Origin: Macrostomum hystrix
Lineage: Eukaryota; Animalia; Platyhelminthes
DNA: 64,000 nt
Assembly: GCA_950097015.1 (NCBI GenBank)
Contig: CATNEN010000001.1
Coordinates: 1,240,001 to 1,304,000 of the forward strand
Reading direction: 5' to 3'
Shown: positions 1-12,141 of the stretch, in pieces
How the letters are laid out: the number at the start of each line of letters is the position of its first letter
How positions within the stretch are numbered: the stretch's first letter is position 1
Position numbers and translations under genes: made by a program
Notes under the pieces: model-generated
Told to the model about the DNA's origin: nothing
What the model saw: only the letters and a program-made list of their open reading frames with translations
Database searches by the model: none

Positions 1-264
1 TGATAATAATGATGTGATATGCGATGCGAAGAATGTTTCTTTCTATCTAACGGAAACTGTAGCTAAAAAAATGGGGTATGTTTTCTTTGAATTTTAGTCT
101 ACCTGAAATGCGTGTGGAGCTTCTGTGATGCTAAAGTTGTGATTGTAAAATATGCAGCAAACTTAAGGAATCGAAAATAATCAACTTAAGAGTTTGAGCA
201 CACCAAAGGGGGGGGCAAACTTTGCCATTCAATCGCTTATGAAAATCACTCGGCAAATATTCAT

Positions 265-564
265 TCAGGATGTTTCGTCTCCGGCCTCTACCTCGAGGGC
301 GCTGACTGGGACATTGAGAATAGCCACCTCATCAAGCAGCGACCAAAGCAGCTCATCACCCAGCTGCCAGTTCTCAAAGTCATCCCAATCGAAGCGCACC
401 GACTCAAGCTGCAGAACACATTCCGTACGCCGGTTTATGTCACGTCGCAGCGTCGGAATGCCATGGGCGTCGGTCTGGTGTTCGAAGCGGATTTGGCAAC
501 CTCGGAACACTCGAGTCACTGGGTGCTGCAAGGAGTCTGTCTCATCCTCAACACCGATTAGAAA
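265..564 (-). CDS. Probable terminal coding exon of an unidentified gene (FLIGVEDETDSLQHPVTRVF...EAGDETS*)
   Basis: GC-rich island in AT-rich DNA; minus-strand tttag acceptor at about 565; open frame with globular-like composition to TGA at 265. Upstream exons not found; a + strand frame is also open. Confidence 0.35.
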   Translation of the reverse strand, partial: FLIGVEDETDSLQHPVTRVFRGCQIRFEHQTDAHGIPTLRRDINRRTECVLQLESVRFDWDDFENWQLGDELLWSLLDEVAILNVPVSALEVEAGDETS

Positions 565-1396
565 CTAAAATACTTCCCGGATTGCCAATTACTTTGAGCC
601 TAATATTTCAGAGTAATATTCGTATTTACTAAGAAGAGCAAGTGTGAACGCAAACAGAAAAAAATTAACACCGTTAAAAAACACCGGAAAAAAGCGTAAT
701 AAAATATTTTTAACTTCAGAAAAAAACTAAAATATTGTCATTTGAGAAATCACGGGCCAGTTAACAATCGATAACAATCTTGTAACACACTTGAACTTCT
801 TAATAAGGAATTGTTTTGCAAGAATTATATTTGTAAAGTGGGACTTAAAGTAACTTTTGATAGGAACTCTAAGATAAGATTTAAATGTTTCATATTGTTT
901 GTTATATTTGTCCTTTCTTGATCCAGGATAGAATTTTGCATGCTTTTTTGCTCGTAAGGTTATAGTAAATTTGCTCATTTGATCAGTAATGTGACATTGT
1001 GCATGTAACTTGTAATTTACGCCTTAAATAGTTTCAGTTAACAAAAAAGTTTTTTATTAATACACTTTTCCAGAATTTTTGACACTCGAGTGAGTTAATT
1101 AGCATATTCTCTCCTGCGTTTTGTGTTAAAAACATTTCCTTATGCCTCTTATTATCTGGGCATAAAAATTAGTTTGCAAAAAGTATCCTTTCTGTAAGGA
1201 ACTGCTAGCTAGCCGTTTAAAAATGAAATTTTTATGACTCATTGTAAAGTAACTACAAGAAAAATAGGCATCTAGTTCCTAAAATCCTAACTTCAAATTC
1301 GATCAGATAAGTGAGAAAAGTCAAATTAACAGAACCTTTCGTTATCATAGGTGAGGATGATAAGATAAATGGCAGAGATTTACATTACGATTCATG

Positions 1397-1458
1397 AGCG
1401 TGTTCAGAGCGTCGGACTCATCACTCGAGAGTCGTGGGTTCGATCCCCGATTCTACTC
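1397..1458 (+). mobile_element. tRNA-like SINE head fragment
   Basis: B-box GGTTCGATCCC preceded by a tRNA-like D-arm/anticodon region; no complete acceptor stem. Confidence 0.4.
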
Positions 1459-1585
1459 AAACAGTTTGTGTCCTTTAGCACGTGTTGAGCATGTGTAGTC
1501 AATAGAAATATTAAAATAATTATTTTCCCATATTGGGTTTTTTAATCTTTTCATAAAGCTAGACAAATCGATAAAAAACAGAAAA

Positions 1586-1812
1586 GAGGCCGGTGAGTGG
1601 TAGAGTTGCTAACTCTCTCACCAAGGTACCTGAACTCGAATCCTCAGCATGAAGCCATTCGTGGCTTGTCGTGCAATTTGTCTCTAATGTCCAGAGTGAA
1701 AGTACAGAAAGTCAGTACATGTGTACTCACCTACGTTCAGGTGTGTGTGCTCAGAAGTTAGCGGAATGGGCAAGATTGCCTCTCGATGGCTGTCACAGTG
1801 CCTAGAGCCCTT
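1586..1812 (+). mobile_element. tRNA-derived SINE, diverged copy
   Basis: A-box-like GGTGAGTGGTAGA, CACCAAGGTACCTGAACTCGAATCC and body GTGTGCTCAGAAGTTAGCGG...ATTGCCTCTCGATGGCTGT match the reverse complement of 25313-25658. Confidence 0.7.
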
Positions 1813-2863
1813 GACTGAGCAGACGGTATAAGGTACCTCAATGAGTGCGTTTCTCATCACATTTTTAAGTATATTTGAAGCATGTGCCTCGAATGATCAG
1901 TGCTCAAAACTATACAAATCTGAGTTGCTCTTGATTGCTTAATTGCTGTCTCCCCGCAAAAGTACATCAAAGCCACAATACCTGGCATCCTTGACTGTGC
2001 CCATGACTAGTCATTTTAAAATGAGTTTAGTGAAAGTTTAGAAAACTTTTAATGAAGCCGGGACTTTTCTCTAATGATGTTCTGCGTTGGCTGGATAAGA
2101 TTGGAAAAAAATGTCCTGACTTTTTAAAGCCGACAGCTGATCGTGTTTCTTGGAAACAAAAAATTATCCAAGCAATTTTCCGACGTATTTCAGTGTACTT
2201 GGAGAAGTCAGGGCTAAGGTCAGCCATCAAAGTTGTGCCAAGAATTTCAACTATGGATCAGCCTAATTGTCTGCCTAAAGTTGCTCAGCCCGCTGTTCGA
2301 AAACTTCGGTCCTGATTGCGTCCGAGTTGCTCGGTTTAGAAGGGAAAGAAATTTCGTGCTTCAGTGCCTGACCGTGTCTAGTCGCATTGAAGCTTCGAAA
2401 AATATAACACGAAATAACGTGGCAGGACTAATATAGGACTGAACAGCGGCGTCCAGCAGTAGGTGTCAGTTAGGATTCCTGTTAGCGTCGTGCATCAATC
2501 GCGCCAGGATTAGTGTCGAATTGGCCCTGTTGAGAGACAAGCGGAAATTGCAGGGTGCCAGGCGTCATTTGTCTCCAGGCACTCTCTCCCGTTCTCCCGT
2601 TTCTCACTTCTTTTTCGATTCTCCGCTTAGATCGATGCAACTGCGCTGAATGTCTGTGATTCAACGGCACCACCAGAACTGCGAATTACTGTGGGAAGAT
2701 TCGCCAAGATGGGGGCTGTTTCTGATTGGCTCGCTGAATTCTTGACTAATCGCGGGGAAGACTAAACTGTATTTGAGAGCGGAACATTGCAGCCAGGGCG
2801 GACAAGCAAGAACGCTGCTGAGCCTGTTTCAGTATCAGAAAACCTAGTCAAGTCCTGGACATC

Positions 2864-4534
2864 ATGAGTGGTCACCAAGTTGTTGTTCTGTCTACCACAA
2901 CGATGCTGGTGCCCGGAGGGAATGCCACCGACAGTCAGGATGAGATCGTAGAGATTCGAGTCCTGGACGCTATTGTTGGCTGCTTTCTGTGTCTATTCGT
3001 GGCGGTGACAATCTTTGGCAACTCTCTGGTTATCGTGGCCGTCTTGCGCGAGCATTACCTTCGAACAATAACTAACTACTTCATAGTGTCCCTGGCGATA
3101 GCCGATCTGCTCATGGGTCTAGTTGTCATGCCTTTTTCCGTGATTGCCTACGTCACCCGTGAGCACTGGCTGTTCGGCCCAGTCTGGTGCGACCTCTGGC
3201 ACGCGTTCGACGTTCTGAGCACAACTGCCAGCATACTCAACCTGTGCATGATAGCTGTGGAGCGCTACTGGGCGATCGAGAACCCGATCAGCTACCCGAG
3301 CCGAGTCACTAAGCGCCGCTGCCTACTGCTGGTATCGGCGGTCTGGATCTGCTCATGCTGCATCAGCTTTCCGGCCATAGCCTGGTGGCGAGCCACCAGC
3401 GTGCCGTCACCGAGGCACGTGTGCAGCTTCACTGGCGATCCAGTTTACCTCATCTGCTCCAGCCTTGTGTCATTCTACTCGCCCCTGCTGGTGATGGTGT
3501 TTGTCTACTGCAAAATCTACCGCACCGCCACGCAGCTCGTGCGCAGCTGGCAGGCCGGAGCGAAGGTTCTGCACGGACCTGTTCTTTCAACAGCAACCAA
3601 TGGTCGCTGTGCCGGCGGCAGTGGTGGCAGCGGCCGCGGCGGCGGCGGTGGCGGCGGCGGCGGCGGCGGCGGCGGTGCCAACGCCAGCGACACGATGGTT
3701 CTAAGGATTCACCGTGGCCGTCAAGAAGTGACACAGTCAGAGGCGGCGGCGTCGGCAGCCGCTCAGTCCACCAGCACCGTGGGCGGCATCGCGCGTAGAT
3801 TCCGCAGCCTCGGGGTTCGCAAGAAGCTGGCCAGATTCTCGCGAGAGCAACGAGCAGCGAAAACTCTCGGCATCGTGATGGGTATATTCATCGCCTGCTG
3901 GCTACCATTTTTCATTTGCAACATCGTGCTGGCAATCGACAGCGACGCTCTGGGCGATCACGCGCCTAAAGTGATGACAATTGTCACCTGGCTCGGCTAT
4001 ATCAACAGCTCAATCAATCCCGGCATCTACGCCCACTCGATGCGCGACTTTCGTCGAGCCTTCATCAAGCTGCTGAGCTGTCCTCGCTGCCATCGCCGCT
4101 GCCGCCGGTTCTGCCCGTGCTGTCGGGATCAGGGCAGCGACTCCTACATCGGCAGGGCTCCCACTACGGCTGTAGTAGCCGCCCACGCCGCATCGCAATG
4201 GCACAACGGTAGGTCGACAATAGAGAGACAGAGATCCAATCTGCAACTGCAGCAGCAGCAGCAGCATCGCCCATTCCGACGTATATTTCCGTCGCGATCT
4301 CGAAGTCGCCATCGAGCATCGACCCGTGGCCTCACAATCGCCTCGCCAAATGCTTGTTTTGGCGCGGAGTCTGGCGGCATGCTGCTGCGTTCGCCGCTGA
4401 GGTCTCGCTGTAGCCAGGCCGCATGCCGCCTGTCCAGCTACCAGCAGCTGCCACCTGTGCAGCAGCAGCAGCAGCAGCAGCCGCCGCCATCGCCAATCTA
4501 TTTGTGTAATTTTGCATTCTCTGAGCACCACTGA
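2864..4534 (+). CDS. Class A aminergic GPCR, invertebrate-type dopamine receptor (Dop1R2/INDR-like), intronless, 556 aa
   Basis: Seven TM segments; TNYFIVSLAIADL; TM3 Asp (WHAFDV); ERYWAI; ISFPAIAWWRA; TM5 serines (CSSLVSFY); LRIHRG and AAKTLGIVMG typical of the Dop1R2/INDR clade; CWLPFF; NPGIY; AATAAA at 4697-4702. Confidence 0.92.
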   Translation: MSGHQVVVLSTTTMLVPGGNATDSQDEIVEIRVLDAIVGCFLCLFVAVTIFGNSLVIVAVLREHYLRTITNYFIVSLAIADLLMGLVVMPFSVIAYVTREHWLFGPVWCDLWHAFDVLSTTASILNLCMIAVERYWAIENPISYPSRVTKRRCLLLVSAVWICSCCISFPAIAWWRATSVPSPRHVCSFTGDPVYLICSSLVSFYSPLLVMVFVYCKIYRTATQLVRSWQAGAKVLHGPVLSTATNGRCAGGSGGSGRGGGGGGGGGGGGGANASDTMVLRIHRGRQEVTQSEAAASAAAQSTSTVGGIARRFRSLGVRKKLARFSREQRAAKTLGIVMGIFIACWLPFFICNIVLAIDSDALGDHAPKVMTIVTWLGYINSSINPGIYAHSMRDFRRAFIKLLSCPRCHRRCRRFCPCCRDQGSDSYIGRAPTTAVVAAHAASQWHNGRSTIERQRSNLQLQQQQQHRPFRRIFPSRSRSRHRASTRGLTIASPNACFGAESGGMLLRSPLRSRCSQAACRLSSYQQLPPVQQQQQQQPPPSPIYLCNFAFSEHH

Positions 4535-4726
4535 CCGACTGTCAGCACTTCTCTCATCTGGACGGTGTTTCAAACTCGATTGATAATTAATAGTTTGCTT
4601 TTATATACACCCTGTTTCATTAGTCTAAATGTCACAGTGATTTTTATATACGGAACTTCAATTTCTAAATTCCGTCACAATCGTATAACTTTATGAAATA
4701 AAATAATAGTTTATTGCATTTCTTTA

Positions 4727-5318
4727 TTGCTAGCAGTCATGCTGGTAGATGTGCTAGCTGTCATGCTGGTAGATGTGCTAGCAGTCATGCTGGTAGATGT
4801 GCTAGCTGCCATGCTGGTAGATGTGCTAGCTGTCATGCTGGTAGATGTGCTAGCTGTCATGCTGGTAGATGTGCTAGCAGTCATGCTGGTAGATGTGCTA
4901 GCTGTCATGCTGGTAGATGTGCTAGCTGTCATGCTGGTAGATGTGCTAGCTGTCATGCTGGTAGATGTGCTAGCTGTCATGCTGGTAGATGTGCTAGCAG
5001 TCATGCTGGTAGATGTGCTAGCTGTCATGCTGGTAGATGTGCTAGCTGTCATGCTGGTAGATGTGCTAGCTGTCATGCTGGTAGATGTGCTAGCAGTCAT
5101 GCTGTTAGATGTGCTAGCAGTCATGCTGGTAGATGTGCTAGCACTCATGCTGGTAGATGTGCTAGCTGTCATGCTGGTAGATGTGCTAGCTGTCATGCTG
5201 GTAGATGTGCTAGCACTCATGCTGGTAGATGTGCTAGCAGTCATGCTGGTAGATGTGCTAGCACTCATGCTGGTAGATGTGCTAGCACTCATGCTGGTAG
5301 ATGTGCTAGCACTCATGC
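4727..5318. repeat. 24-bp minisatellite GCTAGCTGTCATGCTGGTAGATGT, about 24 copies
   Basis: Direct tandem periodicity. Confidence 0.95.
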
Positions 5319-5849
5319 TCTGGAAACTATAGTGCTTACCCTGAGACAGTTAAAGTACTGGCTCTACAAATTTAGAAAGTGCTTTCAAAGAGTAGAAAAC
5401 CTGTAATAAAAGCAACTTGTTGGGGCCTATCTCAGACTGGTATCTAAAATTAGCGAAATTCCCAGAGCGAAACGCAATAAAAAGTCTATATTCTCATTGT
5501 CCAGCCCCGCTAGGCCGCATACTAAAAATGCTTGGCAAAATAGTCTTACTTTGCAAAGGCTAGGCTGCATTTTTTCAGTTTTGGGTGTTTGCGAACCATC
5601 CGAGCCACTTTCACCACTACGATTCAAGCCGTTTTATGATTTTTGTCCTACCCCTGACTTATTAATTAGCTATTGGCTAGCATTGTATCGAAAGCCACGG
5701 AGAATCAATTAATGCATAAATAAAACTATAAATCTTGACAGTAAAAAACTGCAGAACAATTATTTCCAGATAAAGACTAGAAAAATGAAAGTAGTGTAGC
5801 TAAACTAAAGAATGTAATGAATTAGTAATAAAGGTGCGAGTAAGGGAGT

Positions 5850-8820
5850 GTGAGAGACGGGGAGTGTGGGAAAGTGAGAGAGAGTGATAGAGAGTGAGGG
5901 AGAGTGAGGAGAGTGAGGAGAGTGAGGGAGAGTGAGGTCGAATGATGGAGAGTGAGGAGAGTGAGGGAGAGTGAGGAGAGTGAGGAAGAGTGAGAGAGAG
6001 TGGGAGAGAGTGAGAGAGTGAGAGAGTGGGAGAGAGTGAGGAAGAGTGAGGAGAGTGAGGAGAGTGAGGAGAGTGAGGAGAGTGAGGAAGAGTGAGAGAG
6101 AGTGGGAGAGAGTGAGAGAGTGAGAGAGTGAGAGAGTGGGAGAGAGTGAGGAAGAGTGAGGAGAGTGAGGAGAGTGAGGGAGAGTGAGGAGAGTGAGGAA
6201 GAGTGAGAGAGAGTGGGAGAGAGTGAGAGAGTGAGAGAGTGGGAGAGAGTGAGGAAGAGTGAGGAGAGTGAGGAGAGTGATGAGAGTGAGGAGAGTGAGG
6301 AAGAGTGAGAGAGAGTGGGAGAGAGTGAGAGAGTGAGAGAGTGGGAGAGAGTGAGGAAGAGTGAGGAGAGTGAGGAGAGTGAGGGAGAGTGAGGAGAGTG
6401 AGGAAGAGTGAGAGAGAGTGGGAGAGAGTGAGAGAGTGAGTGAGTGGGAGAGAGTGAGGGAGAGTGAGGAAGAGTGAGAGAGAGTGGGAGAGTGAGAGAG
6501 TGGGAGAGAGTGGGAGAGAGTGAGGAGAGTGAGGAAGAGTGAGGAGAGTGAGGAGAGTGAGGGAGAGTGAGGAGAGTGAGGTCGAGTGATGGAGAGTGAG
6601 GAGAGTGAGGAAGAGTGAGAGAGAGAGTGGGAGAGAGTGAGAGAGTGAGAGAGTGGGAGAGAGTGAGGGAGAGTGATGGAGAGTGAGGAAGAGTGGGAGA
6701 GAGTGAGAGAGTGAGAGAGTGGGAGAGAGTGATGGAGAGTGAGGAAGAGTGAGGAGAGTGAGGAGAGTGAGGGAGAGTGAGGTCGAGTGATGGAGAGTGA
6801 GGAGAGTGAGGAAGAGTGAGAGAGAGTGGGAGAGAGTGAGAGAGTGAGAGAGTGGGAGAGAGTGGGAGAGAGTGAGGAGAGTGAGGAAGAGTGAGGAGAG
6901 TGAGGAGAGTGAGGGAGAGTGAGGAGAGTGAGGTCGAGTGATGGAGAGTGAGGAGAGTGAGGAAGAGTGAGAGAGAGAGTGGGAGAGAGTGAGAGAGTGA
7001 GAGAGTGGGAGAGAGTGAGGGAGAGTGATGGAGAGTGAGGAAGAGTGGGAGAGAGTGAGAGAGTGAGAGAGTGGGAGAGAGTGATGGAGAGTGAGGAGAG
7101 TGAGGAAGAGTGATGGAGAGTGAGGAGAGTGAGGAAGAGTGAGAGAGAGTGGGAGAGAGTGAGAGAGTGAGAGAGTGGGAGAGAGTGAGGGAGAGTGAGG
7201 AGAGTGAGGAAGAGTGGGAGAGAGTGAGAGAGTGAGAGAGTGGGAGAGAGTCAGGGAGAGTGAGGAGAGTGAGGAAGAGTGGGAGAGAGTGAGAGAGTGA
7301 GAGAGTGGGAGAGAGTGAGGGAGAGTGAGGAGAGTGAGGAAGAGTGGGAGAGAGTGAGAGAGTGAGAGAGTGGGAGAGAGTGATGGAGAGTGAGGAGAGT
7401 GAGGAAGAGTGATGGAGAGTGAGGAGAGTGAGGAAGAGTGAGAGAGAGTGGGAGAGAGTGAGAGAGTGAGAGAGTGGGAGAGAGTGAGGGAGAGTGAGGA
7501 GAGTGAGGAAGAGTGGGAGAGAGTGAGAGAGTGAGAGAGTGGGAGAGAGTCAGGGAGAGTGAGGAGAGTGAGGAAGAGTGGGAGAGAGTGAGAGAGTGAG
7601 AGAGTGCGAGAGAGTGAGGGAGAGTGATGGAGAGTGAGGAGAGTGAGGAAGAGTGGGAGAGAGTGGGAGAGAGTGAGAGAGTGAGAGAGTGGGAGAGAGT
7701 GAGAGAGTGAGAGAGTGGGAGAGAGTGAGGAAGAGTGATGGAGAGTGAGGAGAGTGAGGAAGAGTGGGAGAGAGTGGGAGAGAGTGAGAGAGTGAGGAGA
7801 GTGAGGAGAGTGAGGAGAGTGAGGAGAGTGAGGAGAGTGAGGGAGAGTGAGAGAGTGAGAGAGAGTGAGAGAGAGTGAGGGAGAGTGAGAGAGTGGGAGA
7901 GAGTGGGAGAGAGTGAGAGAGTGAGAGAGTGGGAGAGAGTGAGGGAGAGTGAGGAGAGTGAGGAAGAGTGGGAGAGAGTGAGAGAGTGAGAGAGAGTGAG
8001 AGAGAGTGAGAGAGTGGGAGAGAGTGAGGGAGAGTGAGAGAGTGGGAGAGAGTGGGAGAGAGTGAGAGAGAGTGAGAGAGTGGGAGAGAGTGAGGGAGAG
8101 TGAGGAGAGTGAGGGAGAGTGAGAGAGAGTGAGAGAGTGGGAGAGAGTGGGAGAGAGTGAGGAGAGTGAGGGAGAGTGAGGAGAGTGAGGAAGAGTGAGG
8201 AGAGTGAGGTCGAGTGATGGAGAGTGAGGAGAGTGAGGAAGAGTGAGAGAGAGTGAGAGAGAGTGAGAGAGAGTGAGAGAGAGTGAGAGAGTGGGAGAGA
8301 GTGAGAGAGAGTGAGAGAGTGGGAGAGAGTGGGAGAGAGTGAGAGAGAGTGAGAGAGTGGGAGAGAGTGGGAGAGAGTGAGAGAGTGGGAGAGAGTGAGG
8401 AGAGTGAGGAAGAGTGAGGAGAGTGAGGGAGAGTGAGGAGAGTGAGGTCGAGTGATGGAGAGTGAGGAGAGTGAGGAAGAGTGAGAGAGAGTGAGAGAGA
8501 GTGAGAGAGTGGGAGAGAGAGTGAGAGAGTGAGAGAGAGTGAGAGAGAGTGAGAGAGAGTGAGAGAGTGGGAGAGAGTGAGAGAGTGAGAGAGTGGGAGA
8601 GAGTGAGGGAGAGTGGGAGAGAGTGAGAGAGTGGGAGAGAGTGAGGGAGAGTGAGGAGAGTGAGGAAGAGTGGGAGAGAGTGAGAGAGTGGGAGAGAGTG
8701 AGGGAGAGTGATGGAGAGTGAGGAGAGTGAGGAAGAGTGAGAGAGAGTGAGAGAGAGTGAGAGAGAGTGAGAGAGTGAGAGAGAGTGAGAGAGTGGGAGA
8801 GAGTGAGGGAGAGTGAGGAA
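5850..8820. repeat. Purine-rich compound satellite of GAGAGT-GA/GG/GAGG modules
   Basis: About 3 kb made almost entirely of GAGAGTG-based 8-10 bp units. Confidence 0.95.
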
Positions 8821-9196
8821 GTAGATGCTTCAAGATACAAAAGTAAAGAAAATGTTTTCATTACAGATTTTGCCAAAGCAACCAAACAGCCTCTGTGCCT
8901 CAGCCGGCAATCAACGATATTTGCCAACCGGATAATAAACCACAAGGCATGAACTCTTGATTTGAGATCAGAAAATTGAGGCTTGAGGAAGGTGGCACAG
9001 AGCTCGTGACTGGGTTATGAGTAAGACAGCTCGAAGTCTGCAACTAGTCTCCCTGACTTGAGATCAGTAGGTTGAGGAGGTTGTCTCGCTGATTTATTTC
9101 AACGGGCTCAAAGTGTAGCAAGCCAAAGCACTGGCCGAACTCAATTTGTTACATATGTATCCTGTCAGTGTTGGCCTGTACTGTACCTACTGGATT

Positions 9197-9335
9197 AATC
9201 TATCTATCTACCTATCTATCTATCTATCTATCTACCTACCTACCTATCAATTTATCTATCTATCTATCTGTCTACCTATCTATCTACCTATCTATCTATC
9301 TATCTACCTATCTATCTATCTACCTATCTATCCAC

Positions 9336-9391
<56 letters not shown>

Positions 9392-9395
9392 CTAC

Positions 9396-9426
<31 letters not shown>

Positions 9427-9432
9427 CCTATC

Positions 9433-9463
<31 letters not shown>

Positions 9464-9491
9464 CTACCTATCTATCTATCTATCTACCTAC

Positions 9492-9524
<33 letters not shown>

Positions 9525-9527
9525 CAC

Positions 9528-9583
<56 letters not shown>

Positions 9584-9607
9584 CTACCTATCTATCTATC
9601 TATCTAC

Positions 9608-9638
<31 letters not shown>

Positions 9639-9695
9639 CCTACCTATCTATCTATCTATCTATCTACCTATCTATCTATCTCGCTATCTATCCAC

Positions 9696-9751
<56 letters not shown>

Positions 9752-9806
9752 CTACCTATCTATCTATCTATCTACCTACCTATCTATCTACCTATCTATC
9801 TATCTA
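9197..9806. repeat. (TCTA)n / GATA microsatellite with CCTA variants
   Basis: Direct observation. Confidence 0.97.
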
Positions 9807-10102
9807 AGTCTTTGTACGCGTGAGCCGTCAGACAGCACTCCTCATTCATTCACATATTTCGTCGCCTGTCTTGTGAAATGTGACACTAGCACAGTGGTAG
9901 TTCATTTCCCATATATTTTCTACAACTGCCAAGCCTTTTAATAGCCCACCTAAAATGCGAGAGCAGACACGAAGGTGGGATTTCATTGGCCGTCTCTCAA
10001 AGCAATGTTTTTCTAGTACTCAGGATTTTATTTTGGTTGCTAAGCCAATAACGAGCTTTGCACTTTTCATGTCCAAGTAAAAAGTAATGCGATAAAAGTA
10101 AC

Positions 10103-10238
10103 AGCCAGAATCGAAGCTAGAACCAACAGCAAGAATCGAAGCTAGAACCAACAGCCAGAATCGAAGCTAGAACCAACAGCCAGAATCGAAGCTAGAACCA
10201 ACAGCCAGAACCGAAGCTAGAACTAACAACCGGAATCG
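10103..10238. repeat. 25-bp minisatellite AGAATCGAAGCTAGAACCAACAGCC, about 5 copies
   Basis: Direct tandem periodicity. Confidence 0.9.
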
Positions 10239-10301
10239 GGCTTGGTTCGTGGCTTCGACCAGGAAGAGGCTTGGTTTAGAAAGAAAGACACTCCCTCCTT
10301 G

Positions 10302-11260
10302 CACTCTCTCCTCACACTCTCTCCACACTCTCTCTCCTCACTCTCTTTCCTCACACTCTCTCTTCTCACACCCTCTCCTCACACTCTCGCCTCACACTCT
10401 CTCCTCACACTCTCTCCTCACACTCTCTCCTCACACTCTCTTCTCACACCCTCTCCTCACACTCTCTCCTCACACTCTCTCCTCACACTCTCTCCTCACA
10501 CTCTCTCCTCACACTCTCGCCTCACACTCTCTCCTCACACTCTCTCCTCACACTCTCTCCTCACTCTCTTTCCTCACACTCTCTCTTCTCACACCCTCTC
10601 CTCACACTCTCGCCTCACACTCTCTCCTCACACTCTCTACTCACTCTCTCTACTCACTCTCTCTCCTCACACTCTCTACTCACTCTCTCTCCTCACACTC
10701 TCTACTCACTCTCTCTCCTCACACTCTCTCCTCACACTCTCTCCACACACTCTCTCTCCTCACACTCTCTCCTCACACTCTCTCCTCACACTCTCGCCTC
10801 ACACTCTCTCCTCACACTCTCTCCTCACACTCTCTTCTCACACTCTCTCCTCACACTCTCTCCTCACACTCTCTCCTCACACTCTCTCCTCACACTCTCT
10901 CCTCACACTCTCTCCTCACACTCTCTTCTCCTCACACTCTCTCCTCACACTCTCTCCACACACTCTCTACTCACTCTCTCTCCTCACACTCTCTCCTCAC
11001 ACTCTCTTCTCCTCACACTCTCTCCTCACACTCTCTCCTCACACTCTCTTCTCCTCACACCCTCTCCTCACACTCTCGCCTCACACTCTCTCCTCACACT
11101 CTCTCCTCACACTCTCTCCTCACACTCTCTTCTCACACCCTCTCCTCACACTCTCGTCACACTCTCTACTCACTCTCTCTCCTCACACTCTCTCTCCTCA
11201 CACTCTCGCCTCACACACTCTCCTCACACTCTTCTCTCCTCACAATCTCTCTCCTTATCT
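10302..11260. repeat. Pyrimidine-rich satellite, unit about CTCACACTCTCTC
   Basis: Direct observation. Confidence 0.95.
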
Positions 11261-12141
11261 CACCTAAACCCTTAGATTCTCATCGCAGAGAACAGTCTCC
11301 CATAACCCTTATCTATGAAATTGTACAACAATTCTTTGTTAATTATTGTAGATTGTTCCGCAATCTGTATCCTAATCTTTGAGTACAAAAAATTCAAATA
11401 TAGTTACAATACGTATATAGTGACTACCGTAGCAATATAGTTGTAACATGGAGTTAGTGTGGTTTCACTCGCTAATCTAGTCCGAGTTCATTGGAACTGC
11501 AGGTCCAAAAGAAATAAGGAATCCAATTTCGATTTCCAAGAGCCGATTAAAAAACCCCAGAGCGGGTAACTAACGGGTGGCCGATTATAAGCCACGAGGC
11601 ATTGGTGGGGAACGGGTTTTCGGGGATATGAGAAGAGAGGAATACATTCGCACAGTCCACAGTGAAAGTTAATACTCCTTTTTTGTTTGTCCTTGGTGCT
11701 ATACCACTTTCTGAAGTCACTCTCCCTTTACCCACCCACCCCACTATGAAACCTAAGAGGGCTTGGCGTGAATTGCTGTCTATAGGGTGTTGGCTGTGTG
11801 CGCTATTCTTACTATTGCTACATTTTGGGACCTGGTGCTGTGTGGCAGCAGGTACTCTGTAATAACTGCATGTTGTTGCTACTGCATGCGTTGCCTCGCT
11901 TAAACCCACACACGCAACTGAGTACCTTTCCGGGTGTACTCACCTATTTATTTATTTAAGGAGCAGCAAGAATTTGAAAGAATTGAATTGTCGGAGCCAC
12001 AGTTAAAACACTGCAATTCTGCTTCTTAGCTCTTAGTTCTTTGCTACCAACTACCTCTTCATGCGTTGCTATAATGAAAGCTTACATTCTGACTACACAT
12101 CGAGTTTTGATTCTAGCTGTACAGGTGCGATCTAGGTCTGC

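Noticed and set aside
1397-1458. Functional tRNA gene
   Set aside because: Only a partial A/B-box pattern with no full cloverleaf; treated as a SINE head.
3355-4573. Overlapping and antisense ORFs within the GPCR
   Set aside because: Shadow frames of a GC-rich coding sequence.
4711-5406. ASTSTSMT / HAGRCASC / VMLVDVLA ORFs
   Set aside because: The 24-bp unit is open in several frames on both strands; a repeat artefact beyond the GPCR polyA signal.
7251-11382. Long SLSH / IYLS / HTLS ORFs
   Set aside because: Translations of low-complexity satellites.
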